A DNA stretch of 64,000 nucleotides from Caldisericum sp. (GTDB taxonomy: Bacteria > Caldisericota > Caldisericia > Caldisericales > Caldisericaceae): NCBI GenBank assembly GCA_020692945.1, contig JAIMJY010000001.1, forward strand, positions 1-64,000, given 5' to 3'. Shown in pieces: positions 63,990 to 64,000 of the stretch (its first letter is position 1; each line of letters opens with the position of its first letter). A model generated the notes under the pieces. That model was not told where the DNA came from. It made no database searches and saw nothing but the letters and a program-made list of their open reading frames with translations. Both the position numbers and the translations under genes were made by a program.

Positions 63990-64000
63990 TGACTCTCCTG

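Noticed and set aside
400-64000. Numerous 60-180 codon ORFs antisense to or nested within the large annotated genes (for example 974-1162, 3500-3760, 9329-9742, 11317-11847, 55957-56496, 58721-59056)
   Set aside because: They are fully contained in confidently identified genes on the opposite strand or in another frame, and have skewed, low-complexity composition and no recognisable motifs. They are typical shadow ORFs of an AT-rich genome.

Overview
This 64 kb window is low-GC bacterial chromosome, mostly conserved housekeeping genes in long co-directional blocks. The translation, fatty-acid, isoprenoid and anaerobe-type cofactor gene content suggests an anaerobic, Firmicutes-like organism.

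The core genes are: proS; a fabZ-fabH-fabD-fabG-acpP-fabF cluster with an S1-domain protein and a Pta/Ptb-family acyltransferase upstream; recN; nadK; tlyA; dxs; ispA; acyP; nusB; an Asp23-family protein; efp; an SPFH protein; an OmpR-type two-component pair; a frameshifted MFS transporter; two tandem moeA paralogues, one fused to a PBP-like domain; etfBA; fmt-def; tsaC; prmC; prfA; tdk; rho; a cyclodeaminase-family protein; tilS-hpt-ftsH; an EndoIII-like glycosylase; a DUF362 Fe-S protein; an ArsB/NhaD-type permease; a tandem Usp protein; a MacAB-like ABC efflux system; two large secreted proteins (an NHL-propeller protein with CuAO-N-like domains and an S8 protease with a C-terminal dockerin); a HAD hydrolase; a PII-like protein; and the tmRNA gene ssrA.

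Two things stand out.

1. A family of short hairpin repeats not previously described, about 40-48 nt per unit. Each unit has a 6-7 bp stem whose sequence varies with compensatory changes, a conserved loop TGAAAAAGAGT, and a conserved linker ACAAAGGAKTAAA. At least 15 loci occur in this window, intergenic and often tandem. Several copies sit in frame inside protein-coding genes (moeA, etfA, the S8 protease pro-region, probably tsaC), where they add NPLKKSADYKGI-like peptide modules. This is analogous to Rickettsia palindromic elements.

2. An accessory island of about 8 kb (roughly 33.0-41.2 kb) inserted between the rho operon and tilS and flanked on both sides by these repeats. It carries a solitary PD-(D/E)XK nuclease, an uncharacterised three-gene cassette (unknown 214 aa protein, ClpP-like serine peptidase, small membrane protein), a RadC N-terminal (HhH-only) protein translationally coupled to a 1158 aa Type IIG restriction-modification fusion enzyme, and a Panacea-domain/MazF-PemK toxin-antitoxin pair.
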